Origin: Mobula hypostoma
Lineage: Eukaryota
DNA length: 64,000 bases
Direction: 5' to 3'
Assembly (NCBI RefSeq): GCF_963921235.1
Contig: NC_086097.1
Span: 73,596,001 to 73,660,000 of the forward strand
This document shows positions 39,461 to 54,100 of this stretch, piece after piece. The notes beneath the pieces were generated by a model. That model was not told the DNA's origin. It saw only the letters and a program-made list of their open reading frames with translations, and ran no database searches. The position numbers were made by a program, and so were the translations under genes. Position 1 is the stretch's first letter. Each line of letters begins with the position of its first letter.

Positions 39461-42069
39461 GAATATTCTTTATTTATGGCTTCTTTACTTGTGCATTGGC
39501 AGCAATCCTATGGAACACCATCTTCATTGTGACCGTAAAGTCACTCAGCATTAGGACCTAGTCACACGTTGCTGCTTCGTCAAAATCAAGCATCAATATC
39601 CCAGATTTATCCAGCATCAGAAAAGGACCATGTTACAATAGAGAGTGTACCAGACAAAAAATAACTAAACATAACATCTTTGATGCCAAAAACATAGTTG
39701 TAGCAAGTTATTAAAAACCCACAAGAGTGACCCAAATTATTTGACAGGAACAGTGAACTGCATTCATTTTAGTATTTCAAACAACCAAATCCTACAATTA
39801 ACCACAAGGTAACTCCTAGATTAGTGACAGAAAGACAACAGCCAGGATACCACCTCCTCCTCCTCCTAATCCAAACACTATCACAAATTTTTTTTTGTCT
39901 CAGATGGGCTTTTCGTACAATGTTTTATTTATGAGATAATAGGGAGAAATCTATCCTCAGCCACTAGCCATACACATATACAAGTCTATCAGTCCTTACA
40001 AGAGTCACCTCCTGATACTTAGCTTCATTTGGCTGTTGAGAAGCCTGCCTTGCCACCAACCTATGGAAAAGCATTAAGGAGTGGAAGGATAAGGAAGGGA
40101 AGTTGCCATCAAGATTGCCTCTCTGGTTTGAATACATCTGAACAGAATGGCAGACAATCCATCTCTCCATTCACAGATGATCCCACACTTCCATTCCCAA
40201 CCATTTGTCTTTAAGGCAAACTAATCCTTCTGCAAATTTCCCTGTTCTAATTCATTCTTAATCCAGCTCCAGGAGCAGGAACAGCCAAAAAAAAAAAGGG
40301 ACCCTGAAACAAACTCTGGGAGGAATTGAGCAGTCAGGCAGCATATGTGAAAGGAAATGGACAGTCAATGGTTTGAGTCAAAATCTTTCATTTGCATTGA
40401 GTCATTCAAGAGACTGCCTGATCCACTGAGCTCCTCCAGCAGTTGTTTCCTTATCCACATTCCATCATCTGCAGTCTCCATTGTGGAAAACCGACTGTCT
40501 TTAAATAGGAAAATGGAAGGATACAGGTGGAACATCTTGCTGTGGGTAACAGCAAGTCTTGGCTAGCTAATGGACAAACAGCAACAACACAGTCACAAAA
40601 TGAGTGGCAGGCAGCAGAGGACAGGAACTCTGTCTTTTAGAGAGGGAACCATGCCAGATACACCATGCTCTCAATCCCCGAGGGCAGCACCAATACAAGG
40701 GAAATGTTCCATAAAATAACTAGTACATTTGGAGAGGATGCAATGGAGAAAAAAAAAACTCACATTGGTATTAGTTAAGCCAAAAAAGCAACCAGCAGTA
40801 GAAACATCAGATAAGGCTCTGAATGAATGTAAGGAGAGACAGTTCTGATGTTAGAGATGGTGGTGAGGCTAATGATCAGATTCCATGTAAAGAGAATAAC
40901 AATAGGGCAGGTCGATGCTGCTGACTGCAACACAATGGGGAAAGCCGACCAACTGTAAATGCTGCATGTCACAAGGATGAAAGTGCTGTTGCAATATCCT
41001 GTCTCGTGGAAATACCCAGCCTGTGACCACACAAAATGCAGAATGGCATCAAGAATCTCACATCCATGCATGGAAAGAACACGGAATCACAGTGTAAACT
41101 GCATCTCACATACTAACTACCTGCCCACTCCATCAGGCACCTTCTGCCTCAAGTCTCAAAGGTCTGTGTGTCCCACATTAGCCTCGTCAGCTAACACAGT
41201 ACCCGCTGAACCATGTCATCCTCAAACCGCAGTGGTTGCTAAAGAAGCAGTTCTATGCAGGTTGCGAGAAAAATAGAGTGAAGTGTTTGCACATTTAACT
41301 AAATTCCAAAGGGACTAAAAATACACAATTCATGTAGTTATTTGATTTGCCTTCCGAACAGTTAACTGCAAGTGATTTGGTGACAGCTCAAATGGGAAAG
41401 TCATTTTTATATGCATTGTGTATCAGCATTAATGGAGAACAAAGAATTTTGGATAAGTTCTTCACATCAGTGAGTGTCAATGTGGACAGAAAGACAAAAA
41501 GTGTTTAATGCTTCAGGTCAATCATCTTGCCACTGCGCTCACCAAATATCCATCAAGCTGATGCAGGAAATATTCAACAGTCATTAGTGTTTTTAGTTTT
41601 TGATTCAGATTATGCTTGCACTCTCTAAATCTGGAGAATAAACTCGGAGATCTGTATTCAATCATCAAGACCAGGAGACCTGGATCCTGCATATGCAGTC
41701 TATAAGAAGAAAGTTATAGCTGGCTTCCAGCTAAACCTTGGACCATGATTACAGAGGTGGGGGAAATGAATTGTGTAGTATTGAAAAAAAATACAAAGGG
41801 GGTGGAGTTAAAGATGCATTTCACTAGAAAATTGTATTCTGCTTTTATTTAATGTCTATGCTTTCCGATAGTTAAGTAAACATGTTGAGAAATCTTTGGT
41901 CATGGCCCCCTAGTTGCTTCACTATGCAGACTAGATTACACAAGACCCAGGGCTGCTCATGCGAGTCACCAGTAAACATGACAGAATATTTACTGCAGAC
42001 CTAGAATACGTATTACATATCAAATAATATGTGATCTAAAAATGACAATAGCTGGGAGGAACTCTCTAA

Positions 42070-43990
42070 ATTTTCAAAGTAAATTTATTATCGAAGTACA
42101 TATCAGCCTACACAACCTCAAGATTTATTTTCTTGCATGCATACTCAGAAAATCCAAGAAACAAAAGAATCAATGGAAGACCTCACCCAACGTGGACAAA
42201 CAACCAACATGCAAAGACAACAAACTTTGCTAACATAAAAGTTAAAAAAAAGGAATAAATATCAAGAACATAAGATGCAGAGTCCTTAAATGCAAGCCCA
42301 TAAGTAGTGGGAACAATTCAGTGATGGGGCAAGTGAAGTTGAATGATTTACCCCACTGGTTCAAGAGCCTGATGGTTGAAGAGTAATAACTGACCCTGAA
42401 CTTGGTGGTGAGAGTCCCAAGGCTCTTGTAACTTCTTCCTGGTGGTAGCAGAGAGAAGAGAGCATGGGCAGGGTGATGCAGGTTCCTGATGATGGATGCT
42501 GCTTTCCTGTGACAGCACTCCATGTAGATGTGCTCAATGGTAGAAAGGACTACTCAAGATGGACTAGGCCATATCTACCACTTTCTGAAGGATTTTCTGT
42601 TCAAGGGCATTGCAGTTTCCATACCAGGTGGTGATCCAACCAATCAATATACTCTCTACCACACATCTACGGAAATTTGTCAAAGTTTTAGATGTCATGC
42701 CAAATTTTTGCCAGCTTCTAAGGAGGTAGAAGCACTTACGTGCAGGGCTCAGGACACATTGTCTGAAATTATAACACCGAGGATTTTAAAGTTGCTGAGC
42801 CTCTCCACCTCTGATTCCCCCAACGAGGACTGACTCATGGACCTCTGGTTTCTCCTCCAGAAGTCAATAATCATTGAGTTGCTGACATTGAGTGAGAGGT
42901 TTTTGTTGTGGCACCACTCTGCCAGATTTTCAATCCCTCTCCTATGTGCTGAGTTGTTGCCTCTTTTGATTCAGCCCACAACAGCGGTGTCATCAGCAAA
43001 CTTAAATATGGCATTGGAGCTGTGCTTAGCCTCACAGTCATAAGTACAAAGCAGAGGGCAAAGAACACAGCCTGGTGCTGCGCCTGTGCTGATGGAGATT
43101 GTGGAGGAGATGGTGTTGCCAATCTGAACTGACTGGGGTCTGCAAGTACGGAAATCAAGCATTCAATTGTACAAGGAGGTACTGAGGCCAAGGTTTTGAA
43201 ACTTATTGATTAGTTTTGAGGGGATGACAGTATTGAATGCCCAGCTGCAGTCGAAAAAGAGAATTCCGATTTATGCATCATTTCTGTCCAGATGTTCCAC
43301 GATTGAGTGAAGAACCAGTAAAACAGCATCTGACTACTGAAGCAAGAGGTTAAAAATACCAGTAAACATACCAACTAGTTGATCAGCAGAGGTCACTAGT
43401 ACTTGGCCAGGAAACCCACCCATGGGGTCACATTCCTTAAGAATGATCTCATGATGACACTGAAATCACAGGGTCACCAGGGGCTGTGGGAGTTTGTGAA
43501 GGTTTCTCCATGTTTTGACATGAAAAGCGAGCATAGAAGGCATTGAGCTCATCTTGGAGTGAAACCTCGTTGTCACTTATGTCGCTTGGTTTCACTTTGT
43601 AAGAGGTGATAGCATTCAAGTCCTGGCACAGCTGTCAAGCATCCTACAGGGATTCACATTTGGTTAGGAATTGCCACTTTGCCCATGAAATGACCTTCTG
43701 AAGATTGTACCTGAACCACTTGTATCTCACTTGGTCACCTGACCCAAATGCCTCTGATCTGGCCCCGAGCAGACTGCAGATCTCATGGTTCATCCAGGGC
43801 TTCTGGTTGAGGAAGACTGAATGATTTTGTGGGGACACAGTCATCTACAACTGTTTGTATGAAGTCTGTAGTGTATTCATTCAGATCCTCTGAGAAATCC
43901 TTGAATATGACCAAGTCCTCCAACTCAAGGCAATCCCATAGCCCTTCCCTGCCTCCCTTGACCACCTCTTTGTTGTCCTTTTCTCTGGAT
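42070..43990 (-). mobile_element. Rex/Babar-like LINE fragment
   Basis: NQKPWMN, STGAAPGCVLCPLL, FKFADDTAVVG and HHPAHALFSLLPPGRSYKSL motifs. Confidence 0.85.
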
Positions 43991-45829
43991 CCTTGTTGTT
44001 AAACATTGATTGAACTAACTCGTTAACAAGTAGAAAACAAGTTATCTTCAGGTTGGTTGGCCAGAGGGGTACAGCAAGGATCAATGCTTGGGCCTGTTAA
44101 ATTTGAATTACATGAATGGTGTGATTAGGGACACAGTCAAGTGCAATAAAACCTGTATCTGTGAGAGACAAAGAAGAACAAGTCCAGTTGGGAAGGTTAA
44201 CTGTGAGTGGCACCAAGAGTTTGCAAAAGAATATGATACAGCTTAGGGACGTGAAAGATAATTGGAGATGAATTACTAACTGAAGAAGCATGAAGAGACT
44301 GAAAAATGGTGAGCATGGAACCTGAGTTCCCTTAAATTGGACAAAAAAAAATTAAACTCCAGGTACACTGCAAGCGATTTAGATACCAGGCTTTATGTTC
44401 ATATTTGGTTGACATGACAATGATAGAAGACCTAGAAACCTCAATGAAAGGCAAACCAAGAGTCCGAGAGCATGGAAACAGGCCCTTCAAGCCTCCTGGA
44501 TCTTCTCCAAGAAAGTAGAGGTGAGAAAAGGCAATGGTCAAGGTGATGGACAACCTTGACAATACTGTTAGCCCTTGTGAGATAGTCCCATCTGTTGCCC
44601 TCTATACTTATCAGAAAGGCTTTTAAATGTTGCTTGCCTCAATTGCTATTGTTTGTTCCACTTTCGCGCCACACTTTGCGCAGAGCTGCCCCTGATGTCC
44701 CCTTTAAATCTCTCTCCTCAGATCTTAAATCTATGCTCTCCTGCTTTTGGCACACCCTCCCAAGGAACAAGATTATGTGCATTCACCCTGTCTATGCCTC
44801 TCTTGATCGTGTATACATCTATCAGGTCACCCCGTCAGTCTCATATGTTGCAGAGAATAAAGCCCTAGGTTCAACTTCCGCTGATAACACCTTTTTGAGA
44901 ATTATTCCTACATTGGACAAAAAATTTCCAAAACCTAGAAGTGCTGAAATACGCACATCACTGGAAAGACACACACAAAAAAAAATCGGCAAACTTAATC
45001 AGCATAAAGCCTGAGGGCTTTGGTGAGACTCTTACAGGAACAACTACTCGTCTGGAAAACAGAATAGCTCTGGTCTCTTTTTTAAAAAAAGAAAAAGCCA
45101 GGCTAGTAAAGTTCTCTCGGTCAAATCCTGCGATGAGAGCCTTTACAAATATAAAACAAAATTGTCCCAGAAAAAGCACAAGGGCAGATAAGATAAATGT
45201 TGCGTGGGACTTTTCTTGGCTGTAGGATTTAGAATTAGAATCTACTCTCTCTGAATAAGGTTCGATTAGACTTTTTTTTAATCCTTCAAAGGCCTGTGAA
45301 TCTTTGGAAATCCTTGACCTAAACTATTTTCATATATTTACTTCTGCGTCCTTCCGGTACAGGAAGTCAGCAAATAAAATGGATAGTACAAGGAGATGGA
45401 TTTGAGATACGATAGCCATGATCTTATTGTATAATGGAAAAGGTTCCGTGGAGTCAAATGGCTTAATTTACTACCTGCGTTACCCAAATAGAATCAGCAA
45501 TGCATCTGTTGTTTCAGATGAGTATTTCAGTGTTTTTTTTTGTTGTTGTCGCAATGTAAATAGAACCCCATTACGCCTATACTGGACAATAACCCGCGGC
45601 ACAGGTGCTATTTTCCAATGAAGGAACGCCCACAAACACCTTATTCCTGTTTTAGACATTGCATGGTTTAGGTCATAAATCCACGCATTTAAAAGTGCAT
45701 ACTCACATTCGCACTTAACACATGACGGGCGCTCAAACTTTTTCAAACATGATGCAGACTCCCAAACGTCCAATTAATTTTCCAGTAAGTATAAAGATAT
45801 CGAACAACAAATAAGTCTGGGTACTCCAG

Positions 45830-46260
45830 GGGTGCACACCGAGCTGCCTTCGGTGCAAAGTCAGGCAAAGCCCTCGTGTAGAACAAATCCCCAAGAAACT
45901 TCAACAACTTTGCACGGAATTAGAAACTCACGTGCCGCGACGAAAAAGAAGCTCACCCTGAGCCAACCCGCCCACCACGCAAAAGATGAGCGAATACCTC
46001 ACCAAACTGCTCCCCGCAGGTTACGCTCTCCCTGCCACTCTCGGTCATCACGCTCTCGTGTGTCATGTGACACCAACACACTGGGTCACGAGGGGAGGGG
46101 GGTTAACGGGAGCTTCAGGCTGTCGCCTGGCAACCGAGAGACGCGTTGCCATGGTGGTGCAGAAGCACCGATGTTTCGAGCGTCTGCCGTCATCGACATC
46201 GAGAGGACTCGGCGTCCAGGGTGAGGTTGTTGCAGACAGTGGAAACGGTGTCAATACAAC
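45830..46260. promoter_or_regulatory. CpG-enriched candidate promoter and first exon with RFX X-box motifs
   Basis: Local CpG enrichment with no TE signature; GTCGCC-T-GGCAAC at 46122-46134; partial GTTGCCATGGTGG at 46145-46157; minus-strand donor AGG|gtgagc at 45957/45956. Confidence 0.55.
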
Positions 46261-48594
46261 GATGTTCTGAAGCAAGTTCACATATAAAAGGCCCAGTTCA
46301 CATTAGTTTATTGCTGTATACATCAGGGTGCAATGAAATTAATTTCTCGCATGAAGCTTCACAAAGTAAATTGTGTGCATGCAATAATAAATAACAGCGA
46401 AGAGTGTGAATCGACGGAATGGTGCAAAAATAAAGTACTGCCAACACAAATGTTAAAGTGGTAATAGCAGAAAAGATGGGGTTTAGCATTCGAAGTCAGT
46501 GCCACCAGGAAAGGGATCTTAAAGAGGTGATTGGTTCAGAAGCTTAATAGCAATGGGGGAGAAGCTCTTCTTGAGCCTGGTCGTCTGGACTTATCCGGTA
46601 TCAATAATATCTCCAGTATACATTGAATTAAAAAAAACAAAAGCTGGAACTCTGAAATTTTCTCACAGACTGCCACTGTTCATCAACAAATCAGGAGATT
46701 GCAATGACCACCCTGTGTAAAATGTAAATTCACTCACCTGTTAAATGATGCATTTAAATTCTTTCCTTCTCTCCCTTACGAAGAGCAACTTGAAATTCTC
46801 TGACAATCCCGCATCTTCTCAAAGCAAGTTGAATTAGAAATACTGCTGTTAGATGTGTTCAAAGTGGATGTGAGCACGCAGAATGCAGGAAGAAGACAGC
46901 ATCTAAAACTTGATGCTGTCTAGCCCATGGAATTTCAGAGTGTGCACAATGCCGACCTTTACTTTTGTTGGGTTTGCTTTGTCCGCCTTTTTTTTGCCCA
47001 GAAGGATTTTATTTTTTTTACCATAAAGTGGATTTTTCTAAATTTCTGTTCCAGCTGGCAGCGTCTCTGGGATATGAAGTCTCTACTGATAACTGCATTG
47101 CAAACTATTGGCATGACATAAGTTTAGTCAGCTTCCACTTCTCATACTCACTAATTAATTTTACAGTGAACTTCTAACAATTCTAACATTCTTTGCCTGG
47201 TTTAACTCTGTCCTGATTTTTCCCACTTCAAACTCTCAAAAAGCCACCCAGCTCCCAGAATTGCTTGCATGCACGTGAGACTTAGTGAACATTGTGTGTC
47301 AGTCTTGCACCTAATCCCAACCTAACCAATTTGTAACTGAAACAAGCAACTTGCACTGACTTAGAGAATCTTCCTAATTTTGGCCCAAAATTTCTTTCTG
47401 TTTTTCACTGAAATAATAATAAATCATTTTTGATACTTCTTTCCCTTCCCAGATTTCTTGGTTTTGAGCTCTAGTTATGGAGAGTCCACTGGACCAGAAG
47501 TCCCTATGTTAAACTTCTTTCAATTTGTTTCTTTTTCTCTACTTCCAGTTTCTCCTTCTCCCTTACATCAGCTCTGCCAGTGCCATCTTCTATGGATGCA
47601 TTGACTACATGATAGACTGAACACTTGACCAAGTCTCTTCAATTTTCCTCATCATAATATTTCTCTTTTTCTAGAAATGTCAACGATTTTGTTATGTTGT
47701 GGTTGAAAGTGCATGCACAGAAGTGTGACTTGCATCCCTGATATTAACTTGACTTAATTTTTGGATCACCAAAATCTGCTCAGTTTTATAATTTGTTCTC
47801 ACCCTATAGTCTGCTATTCTACTTTTATCATTGATATAATGTCTAAATGATACATGCACGTTTGTACAATTATTATTCTAATTTCACTAATGCCTCTTCT
47901 TGTTCTACACTATTATCACCAGTCTTTGGACTCCCTCCTCTTCTTGAACTAACCAGTTTAAATCTCTTTCTCATTTTCCCCACTGACTCTGCTCATCCAC
48001 AAACATACCGCTATCAGTTTTCCACAAACTCATAAAATCTAAAAGATTAATCTTCTGCAGAGTTGCTGACTGACTTGCTGAAATTTCCTCTCCACGCCCC
48101 CCCCCCCACCATTTTTGGTTTGACTTTGCATTTCCAACATCAGACACACATTTATTTTCTTCTGTGATTAGCTTGACCCATTCTTCTGAATAGATAAGTG
48201 TTTGTATATTCATTACCTTCCCATCTGACATAGTCTTCCATTTCCTCTGCCATAAATTTGATGAATGTTACTCATGTCTGCATTCCGTTTGTTTCATATT
48301 TACCATGATTGAACTTGTGAACTGGCATTTTACTTCTGCGCCAGTAGTCACTGAGAAACAAGCTTCTAAAAAGGAAAGATCTGTATTTATGCAGAACTTT
48401 GCACTGTCTAAGACTGTAGTCTATGACTAAGAAAATATCTTTTAAGTGTAATCACCTGCTGAATGCAACACTGCAAATAGTTTGTGTAGTACAAGTTCCT
48501 GCAAGAAATGATATAATAATGACCAGATAATTCTTTCTTTCTTACACTGATTGATGGATATTGGTTTGTATACTGGAAGAAAATTCTTTAAAAG

Positions 48595-48640
48595 ACCAAT
48601 TTCCCCTGGGATCAATAAAGTATGACTATGACTATGACTA
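48595..48640 (+). mobile_element. 46-bp extremely 5'-truncated LINE tail
   Basis: accaatttcccctgggatcaataaag(tatgac)n flanked by taaaag (48589-48594 and 48641-48646); same tail as in the 22.7-kb fold-back. Confidence 0.75.
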
Positions 48641-49019
48641 TAAAAGGAGTATCATGGTATCCTTTATACCTACTACTGAGCAGATAGGCCTTTGTTCAAT
48701 ATCTCATCTGAAATAGAGAATTCCTCAGCACAATCTGCACTGTCACCTATACTTAAGTGAAGTCTGAGGTACTTAACGAAGTCACAACTTTTCAACACCT
48801 AGACAAAAGTGATTCTCTCTGAACCTAAGGCTGCTTCCTAGCAACTGGCAGTCTTACCCTTTAAGTTCTATTCAGTAGCCTTATCTGTCACAAATACTCA
48901 GAAAGACCAGTATACCAAATTTACTTTAACATCAGAAATGCTATGGTGACACTGGGAAAGGAGACACTCATTGGCTCCCAATGTGACTGCACCATCGTGC
49001 TCAAAACCTCAGTTCACCG

Positions 49020-49285
49020 GTACTAAAGGTCATAGAGTTAGGGTGAAAGGTGAAATGTTTAAGGGGGATATGAGAGGGAACTTCTTTACTCAGAGGGTGG
49101 TGGAGTGTGGAATGAGCTCTGATGGATGTGGGGTCGATTTCAATGTTTATGAGAAATTTGGATAGGTACATGGATGGGAGGGATGTGGAGGGCTGCAGTC
49201 CAGGTGTACGTTAATGGGACTTGGTATGGACTGGATGAGCCAAAGAGCCTGTTTCTATGGTGTAGTGGTCTACGATTCTATGACT
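49020..49285 (+). mobile_element. CR1 3'-end fragment
   Basis: TKGHRVRVKG..RGNFFTQRVV motif and gattctatga tail. Confidence 0.75.
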
Positions 49286-50519
49286 AGCAGAGATCCATAT
49301 GAGAATCTGATGCAGTTGAGTATTCTAACAGAGGATCCAGCAAGGTTTTTGAGGAGGCTCAGAATGATACTCACTGGAAAGTCAGCAGAAAAAGGCCATG
49401 TCTACAATGACAGAATTGTTTCTGACTACACACTCATATTCTAGATCTTGAAAGTCAAAAACATAGAGTTTCTGGAAATATTCAGCCAATTAAGCAGCAT
49501 CTATGGAGGGGCAAACAGGATTAATGTGCCATATTGGTTACCGTGCCAAGGAATTATGAAAATTTAGAAATTAAACATGCTTTGAAGTTTTAGAGGAGAG
49601 CAAGGGGTGGAGAGAATACAGTGTCAAACCAAAGAGCAGGGAACCAGAAAATGGCACTAGGAACACTTGCTGATAATGAGCACACTGCACAGAGTAAAAG
49701 TCCACCAGAATAGTCTTAAAATGGCAAAGAGATTCTCTGTGTTTAGTTCAGTTTAGTCATGCTTAAAATGAACTGAAGTAGGCTATCTAGCTATCCAGCA
49801 GTAAGTCCAGGGGAAAATTACTGAAACCATGGTGAAGTTAGCATATAAATATGAACTGGTTAAAATCTTACCCAGTATCCAGGATAGCACTCATAATTTA
49901 CCTTTATAATATTCTATGCTTTGATTTTCATTTGTTCTTAATAAAAACGTATTTGATTATAAGACAGTAAGATATAGAAGCAGAATTAGGCTCATCAAGT
50001 CATCTCTGCTATTTCATCATGACTGATCCATTTTCCCTCTCAGCCCCAGTCTCCTGCCTTCTCCCCATATCTCTTCATGTCCTGACTAATCAAGAATCTA
50101 TCAACCTCTGCCTTAAATATACGCAATATGGTGTTTTATAATACATTGTAGAACTATATAAGATATTAGTATGAAAACAGAATAATGATTAATCCTTATT
50201 TTCACGTAGTAAAATAGCAACATGGATTTTAAAAGACCTTAATAATAACTTGCCTATTGGTAACCGAGGTGTGGCTCTCTCCCCATCTTTTCGCCTCATA
50301 TAGTTCTGTTATTTATTTGATTTACTTATAGATAGATCTTAGTAACAGACCCTGCCAGCCTAATTACACCTATGTGACCAAATAAAGTACTAACCTGCAA
50401 GTCCTTGGAGGAGACCGATGCAGCCATGGAGAGAACATACAGACTCCCCACAGTGGTGTAATTGAACTCAGGTCACAGGCACTGTAAGCAGTTAGCTAAC
50501 TGCTATGAATATTGTTTTC

Positions 50520-51621
50520 ACAACAATGTTCATTTTCTTTTGATTTCTCAAGCGCCTTCAAAACCATACAGCTTTCATTGCTGAGGGGAAAAAGCTCCAT
50601 TCAATGCAAGTTGGCACTTCCATTTCATCCTGGATAATGGGCTACCTGACTGGCAGACCACAGTTTGTGTGGCTTCAGAACTGTGTGTCAGACGTAGCCA
50701 TAAGCCACACTGGGGCCCCACAGGGTAGTGTATTGGCTCCCTTCCTGTTTCCCCTGTATACCTCAGGCTTTAGATACCATACTGAGCCATATCATCTGCA
50801 AAAATTCTCCGATGACTTCGCAATAGTCGGGTGGATAAATGGAAGACGGAAGGGTGACTACAGGGCCTTGGTGGAGGACTTTGTCAAATGGTGCAAGCTG
50901 AATCATCTTCAGCTCAACATCAGAAAGACAAAGGAGATGGTGATGGACTTTGGGAAGACCAAGCCTGCACTGCTCCATTACTACTGATGGTGAGGACATG
51001 GATGTTGTGAGGACCTAGGAGTACCTGGGAGTGCACATGAACACAGAGGCTGTGTACAAGAAAGGCCAGAGTCACCTCTACTTCCTGAAGAGACTGAGGT
51101 CCTTTAGAGTATACAGGCCTCTCCTTCACATGTTCTACCAGTCTGCTGTTGCCAGTAGAATCTTCTATGTGGTGGTGTGCTGGGGCAATGTCATCAACAC
51201 AGGTGATGCCTACAGGCTCAATAAACTGATTAGAATGGCTGGCTCTGTTATAGGAGTCAAACTAGAGACACTGGAAGCTGTGGTAGAACAAAGGACTCTT
51301 CGGAAAATCCTGACAATACTGTACAATGTTTCTCACCCTCTGCATGCCACCTTGGCTGAAAAGAGGAGCACTTTTGCTAATAGACAAAGACAACTGCAAA
51401 GAGTGCTATATGAGGTCATTCTTACCCTCAGTTCTATAATGAGTCCACCTACAGCCAGGGAAGTGATGAACTCCTCCTGTTAGACAGTTTGAGGTAACTT
51501 ATTTTTCACTCTGTCTTACTTCCCTTCTAATATTTGTATATTTGTATGTCTGTGCACTTGTAATGCTACTGTGACACTGTAATTTCTTTTGGGATCAATA
51601 AAGTATCTATCTATCTATCTA
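50520..51621 (+). mobile_element. Rex1/Babar-like LINE 3' fragment with a (tatc)n tail
   Basis: WIMGYLTGRPQFV, TGAPQGSVLAPFLF, QKFSDD, KTKEMVMDF and SHPLH motifs; aataaag(tatc)n end. Confidence 0.85.
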
Positions 51622-53262
51622 GTTACAAATTGCTCCATGATTTGTTTCAATCTCTCTGCTGAACAAAACCTAAATAAGCAGACGTCAAATATTTCATTGT
51701 AAGTAAAAAAGAAGTTTATTTTGTATTACGGTTTATACAGGCTGAACAACATGATGCTGCAAATAAATAATAATATATGCGTCAGATGTTGAAGACAAAT
51801 ACATGATAGCAGGCCAATATCGGTGAGCGCATACAACCAATTCCATGTCATTTAATACTTATTTATCCCAAGTTGGAAATTAGTTATATTTCACATATGG
51901 CACTCAAAAATCAATAGTATCAGAGTGATAGTTCTAAAGTTAAAAGGCCAAAAATTAAAACATCCCTGTCTTTATTTCTTGCCTTTGCTGATCTCGTGAT
52001 GTTCCGTTACGAACGATTAAGTATCGCATTGTAGTAATTGCCGCAGTTCTAACCAGGGATCACAGAAGCCATTTTGTGCACTGCAAGGCCCACAAACAGC
52101 TCCAAGATATAGACCAGTTGCTATAATAAAACTTCTACACTAAATAAGCAGAGCTATCCTTAATCATTTTAATCGCATTGGTTTCAACAGAACTAAATGC
52201 ACTGTTATGCTTTATGATGATGGAACAGAATGACACAATCGTTTTATTTTCTTTCGCCCGTCTAATTCGTCCCCATCTTCCTGCCCACACGCACAGCGAC
52301 CTGATAAGAAATGCATACTGACCAGGCCACCTTGGATAAACTACCTTCTTCGAAACGTATCCAGCTGTTGAAATTTACAACTTCAAATACTTTGGTCCTT
52401 TCAGCTATACACACCGTGCTGATCAGAGCACTGAAAACAAATATCTGTCAAAACTACAAGATGAGAATATTCAAAACCGAACATCATATTTCACGTAGAT
52501 ACCAAAATGTACATAAATTAAGGTTAACGGTGGGGACAAATAGGCAAACACGAGACAACAATCCCTATATCTGCAGAGACTGGGACGATCCGTACGTTAA
52601 GGGGTTTCTAAACGGATTCGTGTCTGCGACTACTTGTAACGAGACAGCGCCCAGAACATTCTTATTTTAAAATAAATGTACAGTTATATTTAGTCAGTGC
52701 TAAAACGCACAGTTTCAAGCAGCACTTGCTTGCTACCTTGGAAAAATTAACAATGCCAATTTAAATACTGTATCTTAAACAAGGTATAATAGTCACAGAC
52801 GGATCTCAAACCCTCTGATACAGCAGCCGTTTGAATTAAACCATTAATGGTATAAAATATCAGTAATTTTATACGAAGCACTACATAACGGCTGTATAAA
52901 CGGCGTGAGCTCAGGATACAACAGTTACTTTGTGTCTTCTCATACACAGATGAAACACGCAGTTTCATTTTAGTCGAATGTATTCCGCGTGGGTTTTGCC
53001 ACCTCACTGGGTCTCCAGTTTCGGACATTTTAAAATGCACAGAAGAATTGGCGAGGTGAGATAGCACATTTAATACTCGACAAGGCGCAAAGTACCGTTA
53101 CCAGTCTGACGTTAGGAATGTTTTAGATTCCGCCAGACAGCTTCTGAAGTGGACAAGGTAACAGAGCGGTGGCCACGGAACCATCCTTCGCATGGTTGGG
53201 TCAGTCTCAAACCACTTTACCTGCAAGCCGAAAGCAAGAGGAAACAAGTGTACGCTTCTTTC

Positions 53263-54100
53263 TCACACATAGGCGGAGTCACTGGACTGAGTTCTTCCAA
53301 AGTTAGGCACTCCTATTCTGTGTGGCGAATCTTTACTCCTAATTTCGTATATAGATTTCCGCCGTTCCTGCGCCCCCCTTACTGCTGTTTTGATCTTTCT
53401 CCAGCCCAAGTGGTTCAATTCCGCCAGGTTGAGCACGACGCAAAGTCCACTCACAGCGAACATGAAGACGAGGAAGACCGTCTTTTCCGTGGGTCTGGAC
53501 ACATAACACTCGACCGCCTTCACGCACGGGTAACGGCTGCACTCGTACATTGACGGGACGTTGAACCCGTAGAGGAAATACTGTCCCATCAGGAACCCGA
53601 TCTCCAAAGCGTTCCTGAAAACAACCTGGATGATATAGAAACGGGAGATCCCTTCCTGCCGCCGCATTTTTGACATCTTACTATTCCTCGCAGCCGAGTT
53701 TTGCATTTCTTTAACCTCTAAAAAGTCCGACTGTATCTCTTTGCTGGAAACTCCCGAGTTCTGCAGAACCCCATTCACGGTTGTGTTTTTAATCTTGTTG
53801 TCTTCGCGTTTCTTATCTTTGTCCAGGGCGATGAAGACGGTGGAGTACTGTCTCTCCCGCTGCTTGGAGGACTGGTGCACGGAGTAAGTGATAAAACAAA
53901 GGCTGGGAGTGCACACCATGATGATCTGGAAAACCCAGTACCGTATATGTGAGATTGGAAACGCTTTGTCATAGCAAGCCTGGTTGCAGCCCGGCTGCAG
54001 GGTGTTGCAGACAAACATCGTCTGCTCGTCATCATACACCGTCTCCCCCACGATAGCCACCACCAGGATTCGGAAGATCACCACTACTGTCAACAGGATC
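53263..54100 (-). CDS. gjd2: Gap junction delta connexin (Cx35/Cx36 group), coding exon 2
   Basis: Acceptor ttttctccttacag|G; connexin Cys loops [14 protein letters not shown] and [22 protein letters not shown]-terminus [10 protein letters not shown] typical of Cx35/Cx36. Confidence 0.97.

Noticed and set aside
44941..45225. 94-aa ORF
   Set aside because: Runs into CR1-like 3' sequence and has no family motif; probably decayed repeat.
46895..46920. 9-bp hairpin gacagcatc/gatgctgtc
   Set aside because: Short enough to occur by chance in 64 kb; no supporting context.
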